Shown: positions 45,547 through 55,955, counted from the stretch's first letter. The stretch is DNA of 64,000 nucleotides from Ruminococcaceae bacterium UBA1236 (GCA_002309055.1 DBWO01000046.1:41865-105864); one strand, 5' to 3'. A program made the numbers and translations. Notes: a model not told the origin generated them from the sequence alone.

Positions 45547-46626
45547 TTATCTCTTGACTCTCGCGTTGCCGGACCAGACACTCCATACCATGTCTTCATC
45601 CGCCGGCTGAGCGTAGTCAGTGAGAAATGTGGTTGCGAGAGCGCCGCTTGCCCAGCCGAACTGTATCCATTTTTCGCTCTCCCAGCCCTTTATAATTGCG
45701 TAGAGCAGGCCGCCCACAAAGCCGTCGCCGCCGCCTATACGGTCAAGCACTCTGATGGATCTGGGCTCAACAACCTGCCATTCGTCACCGGCAAGCATTA
45801 TGGCGCCCCACTGATGCTCGTTGGCGTTTACAACCTGCCTTAATGTGGTCGCAAAAACGCTCGCGCCGGGGTATGCCTGCCTGACTCTGCCTATCATCTC
45901 TTTGAAAGAGTCTATTTTAGCGCCGAGGTCCTTGCCGCCCGCTTCGGGGCCCTGAATGCCGAGGCAGAGCTGGAAATCTTCCTCATTGCCCACAAGGATA
46001 TCCGCGTTACCTGCTATTTCCGAGAAAATCTCAGAGAGCTCCTGCTCCCTGCCCTTCCAGAAAGTAGCTCTGTAGTTAAGATCGAATGAAATGAGAGTGC
46101 CGTATTTTTTAGCGGCTCTCGCGATTTCGAGGCAGAATCTGCCCGTATCGGGTGAAAGCGCGGCAATAAGGCCGGAAAGGTGAAGAACACCTACGCCCTC
46201 CTCGCCGAATATTCTGTCAACGTCAAAGTCGGCTATGTTAAGCGTTCTGCCCACTTCGCCCGCTCTGTCGTTTTCAACTCTGGGGCCTCTGGAGCCGCAG
46301 CCGCTGTCCGCTATATTAAACTGGTGGCGGTAGCCCCACGGGCCGCCCTTCTCAACGTCTTTACCTTCAAAGACCATGCCTCTCGCCCTTAAATCCTGCT
46401 TGATGAAAGCGGCAATCTGGCTGTCCTTGACAAAGGTGGTGAGCACCTTGACGGGAAGGCCGAGATAAGACGAGATTGAAGCTACGTTGGTTTCCGCCGA
46501 GGTAGCCTGCATTCTGAAAATGTTGCCGGAAGCAACCGGCTGACCCTCTGCCGGGCAGATGCGAACGCCCATGCTTGTGGGCACGACCATTGCCCAGGTG
46601 TAGTTATCTCTTAATTTCAGTTCCAT
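45547..46626 (-). CDS. PfkB-family sugar-acid kinase (KdgK-like; possibly gluconate kinase)
   Basis: SFDLNYR..W, GNEED, VLDRIGGGDGFVGG. Confidence 0.88.
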   Translation of the reverse strand: MELKLRDNYTWAMVVPTSMGVRICPAEGQPVASGNIFRMQATSAETNVASISSYLGLPVKVLTTFVKDSQIAAFIKQDLRARGMVFEGKDVEKGGPWGYRHQFNIADSGCGSRGPRVENDRAGEVGRTLNIADFDVDRIFGEEGVGVLHLSGLIAALSPDTGRFCLEIARAAKKYGTLISFDLNYRATFWKGREQELSEIFSEIAGNADILVGNEEDFQLCLGIQGPEAGGKDLGAKIDSFKEMIGRVRQAYPGASVFATTLRQVVNANEHQWGAIMLAGDEWQVVEPRSIRVLDRIGGGDGFVGGLLYAIIKGWESEKWIQFGWASGALATTFLTDYAQPADEDMVWSVWSGNARVKR

Positions 46627-46637
46627 TTCTTTTCTCC

Positions 46638-48089
46638 TTACGCGTTGTACTGTGTGGCTGCGGTGTTTCCGCCCTCGCCCGTCCAGTTGGTGTGGAAAAA
46701 TTCTCCTCTGGGTCTGTCTGTTCTCTCATAAGTGTGAGCGCCGAAATAGTCTCTCTGCGCCTGAAGCAGGTTAGCCGGCAGATTCTCACAGCGGTAGCCG
46801 TCGTAGTAGCCGAGAGCTGCGGTCATCGCGGGCAGGGGAATGCCGTTTGTGAGCGCCGCGGCGCAAACGCGCCTCCAGCCGGCCTGAGCCGTGTCCATAA
46901 CGCCCTTGAAATAGGGGTCAAGCAGCAGGTTTGTGAGAGCGGGATTATTATCGTAAGCCTCTTTAATCTTGCCGAGGAATACGCTTCTTATGATACAGCC
47001 GCCGCGCCACATAAGGGCGATGCCGCCGTAATTGAGATTCCAGCCGTAGGTTTTTGCGGCGGAGCGCATAAGGGTGTAACCCTGCGCGTATGAAACAATC
47101 TTTGAGGCAAACAGCGCGTTTTTGATGTCGTCAATAAACTTCGCTTTGTCGCCCTCAAACACGGGAGCGGGGCCCGAAAGCACCTTTGATGCTCCGACTC
47201 TCTCCTCTTTCATGGCAGAGAGGCAGCGTGAGAATACAGCCTCGCCGATAAGAGTGAGGGGGATACCCTCGTCAAGAGCGGCTATACCTGTCCACTTACC
47301 GGTGCCCTTCTGGCCTGCGGTATCAAGGATTTTATCAACTATGGGTTTGCCGTCCTCATCTTTATATGCGAGAATATCTCTCGTGATTTCAATAAGGTAG
47401 CTGTCAAGTTCCTCGGTATTCCATTTCGCGAATACTTCATGCATTTCGTCCGCGCTCATGCCGAGCAGGTCTCTCATAAGCTGATACGCTTCGCAGATAA
47501 GCTGCATATCGCCGTATTCGATGCCGTTATGCACCATCTTAACAAAGTGACCCGCGCCGTTTTCGCCGACCCAGTCACAGCAGGGAGTGCCGTCCTCAAC
47601 CTTCGCGCAGATGCTCTGGAATATAGGCTTTACGCTCTCCCACGCGGCGGGTGAGCCGCCGGGCATCATGCTCGGGCCCTTGAGCGCGCCCTCTTCGCCG
47701 CCGGAAACACCCGTGCCGATGTAAAGCAGGCCTTTGCTCTCGACAAAAGCGGTGCGCCTTGCGGTGTCGGGGAAATGGCTGTTGCCGCCGTCGATAATGA
47801 TGTCGCCCTCCTCAAGCAGGGGTACGAGCTGATTTATCATATCGTCAACGGCCTGACCGGCCTTTATCATCATCATAACCTTGCGGGGCTTTTCGAGCGT
47901 TGACACAAGCTCCTCAAGGGAGTAGGCGCCGACGATGTTTTTGCCCTTTGCTCTGCCGTTTATGAATTTTTCAACTTTTTCTGCCGTTCTGTTGTAAACC
48001 GTTACGGTGAAGCCCTTGCTCTCCATATTCATAACAAGATTTTCGCCCATAACCGCGAGACCGATGAGGCCTATATCCGATTTTTTCAT
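46638..48089 (-). CDS. gnd: 6-phosphogluconate dehydrogenase, NADP-dependent, decarboxylating
   Basis: GLIGLAVMG.NL, YNRT, GVSGGEEGA, KMVHNGIEYGDMQ, GQKGTGKW, QAQRDYFGAH. Confidence 0.98.
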   Translation of the reverse strand: MKKSDIGLIGLAVMGENLVMNMESKGFTVTVYNRTAEKVEKFINGRAKGKNIVGAYSLEELVSTLEKPRKVMMMIKAGQAVDDMINQLVPLLEEGDIIIDGGNSHFPDTARRTAFVESKGLLYIGTGVSGGEEGALKGPSMMPGGSPAAWESVKPIFQSICAKVEDGTPCCDWVGENGAGHFVKMVHNGIEYGDMQLICEAYQLMRDLLGMSADEMHEVFAKWNTEELDSYLIEITRDILAYKDEDGKPIVDKILDTAGQKGTGKWTGIAALDEGIPLTLIGEAVFSRCLSAMKEERVGASKVLSGPAPVFEGDKAKFIDDIKNALFASKIVSYAQGYTLMRSAAKTYGWNLNYGGIALMWRGGCIIRSVFLGKIKEAYDNNPALTNLLLDPYFKGVMDTAQAGWRRVCAAALTNGIPLPAMTAALGYYDGYRCENLPANLLQAQRDYFGAHTYERTDRPRGEFFHTNWTGEGGNTAATQYNA

Positions 48090-48937
48090 CCGAGTTTCTC
48101 CTTTGCTTTTTTTATTTCTTCAAGCACCGAATACGGGATTCTGAGGTTTCCCGTGCCCGTGCCTATGCTTATGTGGGGTTTCATTGCCGCGTGGAAATCC
48201 GTGCCGCCGGAAATCATCAGCCCGAGCTCTTTTGCCATCGCCTGATATTTTTCCTGCATTTCGGGAGTATATTCCGTGTAGTAACCCTCCACGCCGTTAA
48301 GGCCGTGCGCCTTGAGACCGGTGAGAAATTCCTTTAAAGGTTCATCCTCCATTTTGATAAGGTGCAGGTGAGCCACAAAGCTGAGGCCTCCGCACTCCTT
48401 AATAAGCTCAACCGTTTCGCCGGCCTCGAGCCTCTGCACGCCGCAGTAGGCCGCCTTGCCGTTTTCAAGATAGAGTTTGAAGCCCTCTTTCACGCTTGAG
48501 ACGTAGCCCTTCTCCATAAGGATTCTCGCGAAATGCGCCCTGCCGATTATTCCGTTGGGAGCAATCGCTCTCGCCTCGTCCATTGTTACATCAAAACCGA
48601 GCTCGTTGAGAAGGCGGCAGGTTTCCTCGTTTCTGAAGTTTCTTGTCTCCCTGCACTCCTCAAGCGTTTTGAGAAGCTTCGGGTTGTCAATATCGAGGTA
48701 GTAGGCGAGGATGTGCGTTTCAGTCGCACTCTGCACGGAAAACTCTATCGCGGGCACAACCTCAACACCGATTTTTTCGCCCTCCGCCATCGCCTCTTTG
48801 ACACCTTCAATCGAGTCGTGGTCCGAGAGCGCGATTGCGGCAAGCCCCGCTTTTTTCGCTTCCCTCACAACCTCGGCGGGCGTCATTGAGCCGTCAGATT
48901 TAACCGAATGTGTGTGTAAATCTATGTATCTTTCCAT
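48086..48937 (-). CDS. PHP-domain metal-dependent phosphoesterase (TrpH-like)
   Basis: IDLHTHS..SDG, LSDHD, GR.H.A, SGGTDFH. Confidence 0.92.
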   Translation of the reverse strand: MERYIDLHTHSVKSDGSMTPAEVVREAKKAGLAAIALSDHDSIEGVKEAMAEGEKIGVEVVPAIEFSVQSATETHILAYYLDIDNPKLLKTLEECRETRNFRNEETCRLLNELGFDVTMDEARAIAPNGIIGRAHFARILMEKGYVSSVKEGFKLYLENGKAAYCGVQRLEAGETVELIKECGGLSFVAHLHLIKMEDEPLKEFLTGLKAHGLNGVEGYYTEYTPEMQEKYQAMAKELGLMISGGTDFHAAMKPHISIGTGTGNLRIPYSVLEEIKKAKEKLG

Positions 48938-48948
48938 TGTTTACTCCT

Positions 48949-50202
48949 TCACCTTACTGTCCACAGTCCGAGCGCGGGGTTGCTGATATAAAACACCTTT
49001 TCGCCCCCGATTTCGTGATAGCCGTCCGTGAGTTTTGCCGGGTCGTATATCTTTGCCGCCTCGTCATAGGGCATATATTCAAAACCCGCGCCCCTAACCT
49101 CTTCTTCCGTGAGACGCCTTGTGCAGTAGGTGATTTTAAACTTGCCGTCGGACGAGCCGTGAATCAGATGCGCCGCGACGGAAAGGTTTGCCTTGAGGTC
49201 TTCGTTTGCCGCCGTGAGCTCAAGAATTTTTTCTCTGCCCACGTATCCGTATTTTCTTATCAGCCTGTCGTTTTCGTCATCCTCACCGAATTTGCGCACC
49301 TCGGGAGCGAGGATAATCAGCTCGCCGCCCGGGGCCATCGCCATTCTCGTTCTGTAAACGGCCTTGTTGCCGAGCCACGTGCTTTTGAATTCCCTGCCGT
49401 CAAGATAAACAACGGCTTTCTTAAACGGCTCATCGACATAGGTGAGATTTATCTCTCTGCTTAAGGCGACCGCCTGCTCAAAGGAGTCTCTCTTGTCACC
49501 GATGAAAAGGCCGTGAATGTAGGTTTCGTCACCCGAATTTGTTGTGACGGTGAGCACAAACATAAGGGGCACATCTTTGAGGAAATTCTCGTGAGCGTAG
49601 TCAAACACCTTGCGCACGGGCGAAAAATCCCTGCCCATTATTCTCTCCATGCCGTAAAAAGCGCCGAGCATGTGAGAGGAGTTAATCATACTGCTGCCGC
49701 CGCAGCCGACGAAAATATTCTTTGAGTAGTTTGCCATGCCCACCACTTCGTGAGGCACAACCTGCCCGATTGAGATTATGAGGTCATAGCCGCCCTGAAC
49801 TATGATGCGGTTTACCTCGACATCAATCTTGTCTTTTACAAGCCCTTCGGAAACCTCTGCGACATATTCGCCGGGAACCTCTCCGATTTTAACTACGTCT
49901 TTGCGCCAGTTGTGCACGATAATATTCTCAAACGGCACATCCTCGCTGAAAAACGCCCTGCACTCTTCGCGCGTCATCGGCTCGTGTGTGCCGAGGGCGG
50001 GCATAATGTCCACCTGACAGGAGTCCTTGAGCATATTGTAATATATGCGCGTTATTCTGCCCGCGCCCGAATACATTCTTGTATAGTCGGGCGGAAGCAG
50101 AAGCACTTTTTTGATCTCTTTGCCCTCAAGAGAGGCGGCAAGAGCGTTTCTGAGCTCCTCATCGGATATGTACGGTTCGCTTTTCAGCGTTATGGGCTTC
50201 AT
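48949..50202 (-). CDS. LarA-superfamily (DUF2088) hydroxyacid racemase/epimerase, likely D-mannonate/D-gluconate epimerase-like
   Basis: PPDYTR, ALGTH, VHNW, VPHEVVGMANYSKN, SSH; operon with gnd and a sugar kinase. Confidence 0.8.
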   Translation of the reverse strand: MKPITLKSEPYISDEELRNALAASLEGKEIKKVLLLPPDYTRMYSGAGRITRIYYNMLKDSCQVDIMPALGTHEPMTREECRAFFSEDVPFENIIVHNWRKDVVKIGEVPGEYVAEVSEGLVKDKIDVEVNRIIVQGGYDLIISIGQVVPHEVVGMANYSKNIFVGCGGSSMINSSHMLGAFYGMERIMGRDFSPVRKVFDYAHENFLKDVPLMFVLTVTTNSGDETYIHGLFIGDKRDSFEQAVALSREINLTYVDEPFKKAVVYLDGREFKSTWLGNKAVYRTRMAMAPGGELIILAPEVRKFGEDDENDRLIRKYGYVGREKILELTAANEDLKANLSVAAHLIHGSSDGKFKITYCTRRLTEEEVRGAGFEYMPYDEAAKIYDPAKLTDGYHEIGGEKVFYISNPALGLWTVR

Positions 50203-50415
50203 GTCCCTTTCCTCCGGTCAAGGCAGATTACACTGCATAATATTTCATGATATTCTATCATTTTAACAGGCAAAAAACAATAGTTTTGAAACGAAAAGCC
50301 GTATAATTAACAATAAATTAATTGATTTAACATAAATTATATGCTACTATTATTATGCATAATTGCACACATTATTAATCTTTTTCGGCAAAATATCAGG
50401 AAGGAGGCAGGGCTT

Positions 50416-51885
50416 ATGGCGCTGATAAAATCTCTGATTTCTTTAATAACCGCTTTTCTTTTCAGCCTGTCGCTTATGCCGGGGCCTCAGATTACGGAGA
50501 ATGTTCCGGGTAACGATACACCCGGTTTCAAATCCTTTGAGCCGGAGCTTCTCACCGCCTCACCCGCGGTTTCGGAAGTTTACTCCGCGTCATTCGGCAG
50601 CACAGCCCTTGACAGGGTTACGGGCACCGACAGCCGCAGCGGCGTCACCTTTGTGTGCGGCGTTTCAAACAAGGCGGACGGCGATTTCGCCGGCGCTGTT
50701 TCATCACGCTATCCCTACGGCTTCATCGGAAAATTCGACACCTCCGGAAACCTTATCAATGTGGCGTTTTATGCCGACAGCTCTCTTGCCGTGCACGTGA
50801 GCGATGTTTGCGCTCTCAGGAACGGCGGGGCGGTTATCTGCGGATACACATATTCAAGCGGCAACCAGAATGTTAAAACCACGGCTTTTGCCGCCGCGTA
50901 TGATTCAGATCTTGAGCTCGTGTGGCAAACCTCGCTCGAAGGCTCAAACAATGTTGAATTCAATTCAATCTCCGCCACAGCGAACGGCTTTGTTGCGGGT
51001 GGCAAGACAAACAGTATTGACGGCGACTTCGCCGGCACGGATTTCTTCGGCTCGACCGGCGCGTTCCTTATGAGATACAAGCTCACGGTAAACGCCGAAA
51101 CAGGCGATACAGAGGGCACCCTTATGTGGAGAAAGACCTTCTTCGGCGAGGGCGCGAGCGAGGTGACCGAAGTTTCCGTTGACGGAAGCAATAACATCTT
51201 CGTCATTCTCAACACAGACGCCGTTACGGGCAACTACTCCGCGTTTGACGGCCTTATTAACGGCTCGCTCGACAATGTTTTGCTCAAATATAACGGTTTA
51301 GGTATACTTCAGTGGTATTATGTGCTCGCTTCCGAGGGCAGAGACAATTTCAATTATGTAGGCGCAGATTCCTCGGGCGGATGCATCGTGGGCGGTTACA
51401 CCTTCAGAAACGGCGCGGTCGCAGGCTCAAACCTCGGCGGCACGCTTGACGGCATCACCGCCTCGGGCGGCACAGACAGTTTTGTTTTCAGGTTTTCAAC
51501 CGACGGCAAGCTCTCATGGCACAGGTCCGTTTCGGGCGCGGGTGATGACTTCATCACAAGCGTCGCTAAGGTCGGCAACAACTTTGTCGCGGGCGGGTAT
51601 TCCGACTCGCGTACAAGAGAATTCTCTGCGAATCACGGCGGCTTTGACGGCTTTGCCGATGTAATTTCATCCGACGGAAGCAGACAGCTTCAGATGATTA
51701 ATTTCGGCGGCTCAGAAAACGACAGAGTGAACGCAATGAGCGTCACAAACAATTACCTGTTCATAGGCGGTATATCCGCATCAACAGACGGATGGTTTGA
51801 CGGCAAATGTCAATACGCCTCCGTGCAACCGGGAGCGGCCGGCTCCCAGGATATAAGCGACTGCTTCGTCGCGATATACAGCTGA
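50416..51885 (+). CDS. Exported beta-propeller protein
   Basis: Repeated W.....G...D......G..S.DG.F blade-like motifs; hydrophobic N-terminus; AAGGAGG RBS. Confidence 0.7.
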   Translation: MALIKSLISLITAFLFSLSLMPGPQITENVPGNDTPGFKSFEPELLTASPAVSEVYSASFGSTALDRVTGTDSRSGVTFVCGVSNKADGDFAGAVSSRYPYGFIGKFDTSGNLINVAFYADSSLAVHVSDVCALRNGGAVICGYTYSSGNQNVKTTAFAAAYDSDLELVWQTSLEGSNNVEFNSISATANGFVAGGKTNSIDGDFAGTDFFGSTGAFLMRYKLTVNAETGDTEGTLMWRKTFFGEGASEVTEVSVDGSNNIFVILNTDAVTGNYSAFDGLINGSLDNVLLKYNGLGILQWYYVLASEGRDNFNYVGADSSGGCIVGGYTFRNGAVAGSNLGGTLDGITASGGTDSFVFRFSTDGKLSWHRSVSGAGDDFITSVAKVGNNFVAGGYSDSRTREFSANHGGFDGFADVISSDGSRQLQMINFGGSENDRVNAMSVTNNYLFIGGISASTDGWFDGKCQYASVQPGAAGSQDISDCFVAIYS

Positions 51886-51918
51886 TTAATGTAATAAACT
51901 TGTCACGGAGATGATGTT

Positions 51919-53040
51919 TTGAATAAAAACAGCAGGATATTAAAATCCGCCTCGCTTCTTCTCGCCTTCCTTTTCGTATGCCTTTGCATGACGGGCTGTG
52001 TCGGCAAAATCGAGCCGGCAACACAGGCGGACGCGCAGGATTCAACCTCGTCCGCGCCCGAAACGTCAGCAGAAGCCCGGACAACCGCATTCACGCCCGA
52101 CGAAAACTACTATGAAAACGCCGAAGGAAACAAATTCACCGCAACATGGCGTGACAGATACAGCGGCGGCAGATGCAATATGGTAATCTCACATATCGGC
52201 GGTAACTATTATGATATTTCAATCCGCTGGAAAACCAGTGAGCTGAGCAGCGTCTGCTGGTCATTCATCGGCACTTACAACGCCGGGACCGATAAAATGG
52301 ACTACACCGGTATGGAGTATGAGATTTTTCTCAACGACGAGGGCATACCCGCCGCCGAGGTAATATCAAAGGACTGCACGGGCAATTTCTTCTTTAATGA
52401 CGATGACATTCTCAAATGGTCCGAAAGAGAAAAATGCAAATTCGAGTATAAAGACGACCCCTATGAGAGCAAAGATTTTGCCGTGATTTCATCCTCGTCC
52501 GCGGAAGGCTTCGCCTATGTTATGACAGACACCGAAAACGGCGAAATAGTTAACGCCCTGCCGGACGGCGTTATGGTAAACGTTGAGAAAAACGACAGCT
52601 CATACGCTGAGATTTCCTGCGGCGACATAGACGGTTATGTTCCGGCCTCACAGCTCGCTGAGCCGGGCATAAAGTATGACAAACCCGCGGTGAAGCTTAT
52701 GTGGAAAAAGGACCTCGATAATGCGGGCGCCCCCGAATTCTCCGCCTCCGACAGCTACTACGCATCCGATGTCGCGATCATCCCGGATGAACCGCTGAAG
52801 GATTTCAAAATTCTTTCACTTGAATACACGGAGAAGGACAACGGCGACGGATTTGACATAGCGAAAGAGGAAATCTACTCGCTCGATACCCTCGATCGCA
52901 CTCTCGTCATCACTCTGCTTTTCAGAGGCACTTTGCCGAATAACGGCATCTCTTACACTGACTCTGCAGGCATCACTCACACCTACGCAGTAACGGAAAG
53001 CGGCCGTGACGGCTCCCTCGAAATCAGCAGCATAGACTGA
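51919..53040 (+). CDS. Lipoprotein with a possible SH3b-like domain
   Basis: Lipobox MTGC; ALPDG..V.V......YAEISCGDIDGYVPASQL; TTG start with GGAG RBS. Confidence 0.65.
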   Translation: MNKNSRILKSASLLLAFLFVCLCMTGCVGKIEPATQADAQDSTSSAPETSAEARTTAFTPDENYYENAEGNKFTATWRDRYSGGRCNMVISHIGGNYYDISIRWKTSELSSVCWSFIGTYNAGTDKMDYTGMEYEIFLNDEGIPAAEVISKDCTGNFFFNDDDILKWSEREKCKFEYKDDPYESKDFAVISSSSAEGFAYVMTDTENGEIVNALPDGVMVNVEKNDSSYAEISCGDIDGYVPASQLAEPGIKYDKPAVKLMWKKDLDNAGAPEFSASDSYYASDVAIIPDEPLKDFKILSLEYTEKDNGDGFDIAKEEIYSLDTLDRTLVITLLFRGTLPNNGISYTDSAGITHTYAVTESGRDGSLEISSID

Positions 53041-53052
53041 AAAGAATTAATT

Positions 53053-53082
53053 AAACCGGTCTTCCGATGAGAAGGCCGGTTT
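53053..53082. terminator. Hairpin between convergent genes
   Basis: aaaccggtcttc-cgatga-gaaggccggttt. Confidence 0.7.
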
Positions 53083-53099
53083 GCTGTTATATAAAAGGA

Positions 53100-53897
53100 T
53101 TATTTCTCGTATTTCGCGTTTTCGAGTTTGTAAATGATGCCGCCGGTTTCGCCGTTTGCGTCGGCGCTGAGGAGGTTATAGGTGACATACATTGTGTTGC
53201 CGATGAAGAAGATGTTTTCCGCCTCGTTTTCGGCGACGGGCAGTTTGCATTTGCCTATATAATTTCCGCCCGTGTCATATTTATAAATGGAGTTTTCCTG
53301 ATAGTAAACGGCGTAGATGTACTGCCCGTCGGTGTCGAGGGTCTGCCTTGTGTAGCCGTTGTCAACCATGCCGAATTCGCCCGTGACATTGAAATTCGCA
53401 TCCATCTCGACCACGGTGTAGGTCCTTGAAATGCCGGCGTAATAGAAATCGCTGCTGCCGACATATACAACGGAATAAACAGGGGAGGTTATCTGCCTTG
53501 TGCCCGTAATTTCAAGTGTATCGGGATTTACAAAAGTGAGCGTTGTGTAGTTGGGTTTATTATTGCACACAATCAGCTCTTTTGTTTTGCTGTTATATGT
53601 GATGTCGTTTGCGTGGTCGATATTCAGCTCCTCGGACACCATAACGGTTTTCATCGTGGCCGCCGCTATCTTGACTATGCGGCAGGGCACGGCTCCGTCC
53701 TCCGCTTTGGCATCAATGAGCGTCTGATAAATATAGGTGCCGTCGGTACAGCCGCCTTCAACTGTTTTGACGTTTGCAAATGCGGGCACAACGCCTACCT
53801 GAGTCATGGTCGTTTCCGGCTCTTTGTTGCCGAAAAGATTGAAAATTGACAGAAACGCCATAATAAAGGATATGATAGCCTGAAAGAAAGCCTGCAT
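53100..53897 (-). CDS. Small beta-propeller protein with an N-terminal amphipathic/hydrophobic helix
   Basis: EGGCTDG, HANDITYN, Q.L.TDG.YIY, EAENI; N-terminus MQAFFQAIISFIMAFLSIFNLFG. Confidence 0.7.
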   Translation of the reverse strand: MQAFFQAIISFIMAFLSIFNLFGNKEPETTMTQVGVVPAFANVKTVEGGCTDGTYIYQTLIDAKAEDGAVPCRIVKIAAATMKTVMVSEELNIDHANDITYNSKTKELIVCNNKPNYTTLTFVNPDTLEITGTRQITSPVYSVVYVGSSDFYYAGISRTYTVVEMDANFNVTGEFGMVDNGYTRQTLDTDGQYIYAVYYQENSIYKYDTGGNYIGKCKLPVAENEAENIFFIGNTMYVTYNLLSADANGETGGIIYKLENAKYEK

Positions 53898-54048
53898 AAT
53901 TCATCGCCTCTTTTCCGCGGATTTCATACAAAAGTCCATTTACTTTACCATATAAACAGATAAAATTCAATGACCTAAATGTAAACTTTGGGATTATTAC
54001 GCAAAGAAAATGCCGCGAGATTTTTCTCACGGCACGTTTTATAAGCTT

Positions 54049-55791
54049 TTATTCCTCTGTGAGGGCGGAGGTTTCGGGCTCTTCGGGTGTGCTTTCCGTC
54101 GGGGCGGGTTCCTCTGAAGCCGGCTCGGTCTCACGCATTGTTGTGGTTTCATCAAAGTAGCCTGAGCGGGTGCGCTCCTCCTGGGTTGTGGTGGTGGGGG
54201 AGACATAAACCCTGAGCGTTACCTTTGTGCCTACGTCATAGGACTGATTTTCGGTGAGTGAAACCATTATGACCTCGCCGTCTTTGTAGTTGCCGACGGT
54301 GGTTTCGGATTTCACAACATCAAAGCCGAGCTCGGTAAGGCGGGCATAGGCCTCGTCGTAGTTGGCGCCCGTAACGTCGGGCAGCACAATCTTCTCTTTG
54401 CCCTTGCTTACATAGAGCACAATTTCGGTGCCCTTGCTGACCATGGTGTCGGGGTCGATGCTCTGGGTGATAACGTAACCGGAGTTGACATCGGAGCTGT
54501 ATATTTCCTGGGCTTTAATTTTGAGATTGCTGTTAAAAACGGGGTTTGACTCAATGTCGTAGTAGCTTCTGCCGATGAAATTCGGCACAGCGGTCATCTC
54601 CGCGTCTTCAACGGCGGTCGTCGTCTCCTTGCCGGGCAGTACGATTCTGTCCTTGAAAACTGTCAGGGCAAGCACTGCGCATACGGCGATGCCGACAAAA
54701 GCGATGATGCCTGCGGTAAGGCCGATTACGGCTCCCGCGCTCATCTTTTTCTTCTTTTTGCCGCCCGCGGAAGCGGTGGCGTTTTTCTGCGCCTGCTGCC
54801 TGTTGTATTCAACGCCCGAGGCGGTGGCAACGGGTGAAGCGGAAAGCTCCGCTCTGAGCTGCTCAACAGTCCTCGTCCTGTCATTCGGCTGAATCTGCAG
54901 GGCGTTTATAAGGCCGTTGATAACGTATGCGGGCAGGGCCTCGGCGAATTTGCCGGGCACCATGAGCCGGTCGTTTACCGCTCTCTCCCTCGAGGGGATG
55001 GGGTCCGAGCCGATAAGCGCTCTGTAGAGCACCGCGGCGAATGCGTATATATCTGTCCACGGGCCCTGCTGAGCGTCCGCGCTGTATTGCTCGAGCGCCG
55101 CGTAGCCGTCAAAAATCTGGGGGTTGAGCTTGCCTCCCGTGCATCTCACTTCACCGATGGAGAAGCCGGTTATTTTGATTTTGCCGTCTTCGCCGATAAC
55201 GAGGGTGGAGGGGGAGATGCCGCGGTGGATTATGCCGTTTTTGTGAAGGGTGCCCAAAGTTGAGAGCGTGGGCATAAGAAGCTGTCTCGCCTTTTCCCAA
55301 GGGATGTAGCCCGTTTTGCTCCTGAGGAGGAAATCTCTTAAGGATATGCCGTCAAAGTGGTCATAGACGGCGAATGATGTGCCGTAATCCTCGAGCACGC
55401 CAGTTACGTTTATGAGAGCGGAAAGGCCGCTGAGAGTCGCGAGATTTGCCCACATTTCCTCAAACGAGCGGCGCATTTCGGCGAATGCCGCTTCGTTGCC
55501 GAGCATAACCTGCAGGTTAGGGTTGAAATCCGCCCTTGAGGTGATTGCCGCGGGGTTGAACTCGCGGATGTTCACCGCTTTTTTCGCGGCGATATCCCAG
55601 CCGATATAAGTAATGCCCTCGCCGTTTCTTTCGAGAGCTCTGCCTACAAGGTATCTGTTGGCTATAACCGTGCGCACGGGCAGGAACGGAGCCTGCTGAA
55701 CAGTGTCAACATGAAAGCCGCAGTGGGGGCATTTTTTCTCTGCGCCGATTTCGCGCATGCAGCCCATACAGAGTGAGTCTGAACTAATCAT
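54049..55791 (-). CDS. Membrane Ser/Thr kinase-like protein (probable pseudokinase) with zinc ribbon and two PASTA domains
   Basis: CMGC/CPHC; RYLVG..L...G.GITY; IIHRGISPSTL; GPWTDIY; TM helix; VPNFIG and LPDVTG PASTA starts. Confidence 0.9.
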   Translation of the reverse strand: MISSDSLCMGCMREIGAEKKCPHCGFHVDTVQQAPFLPVRTVIANRYLVGRALERNGEGITYIGWDIAAKKAVNIREFNPAAITSRADFNPNLQVMLGNEAAFAEMRRSFEEMWANLATLSGLSALINVTGVLEDYGTSFAVYDHFDGISLRDFLLRSKTGYIPWEKARQLLMPTLSTLGTLHKNGIIHRGISPSTLVIGEDGKIKITGFSIGEVRCTGGKLNPQIFDGYAALEQYSADAQQGPWTDIYAFAAVLYRALIGSDPIPSRERAVNDRLMVPGKFAEALPAYVINGLINALQIQPNDRTRTVEQLRAELSASPVATASGVEYNRQQAQKNATASAGGKKKKKMSAGAVIGLTAGIIAFVGIAVCAVLALTVFKDRIVLPGKETTTAVEDAEMTAVPNFIGRSYYDIESNPVFNSNLKIKAQEIYSSDVNSGYVITQSIDPDTMVSKGTEIVLYVSKGKEKIVLPDVTGANYDEAYARLTELGFDVVKSETTVGNYKDGEVIMVSLTENQSYDVGTKVTLRVYVSPTTTTQEERTRSGYFDETTTMRETEPASEEPAPTESTPEEPETSALTEE

Positions 55792-55955
55792 TATATGTTA
55801 ACTCCTTTAGCAAAAAGAGGTAGGTTTACCCTATTATGGGTATCTTATCAAAAGGAAAAATCTTTGTCAACGAATACTACAAATTTGTAATAATTTTCGT
55901 TATTATCATCAAAAAAGAGGCTGAAAAGTTTGGGGGTAAAATCCCGCTGCGGTAC

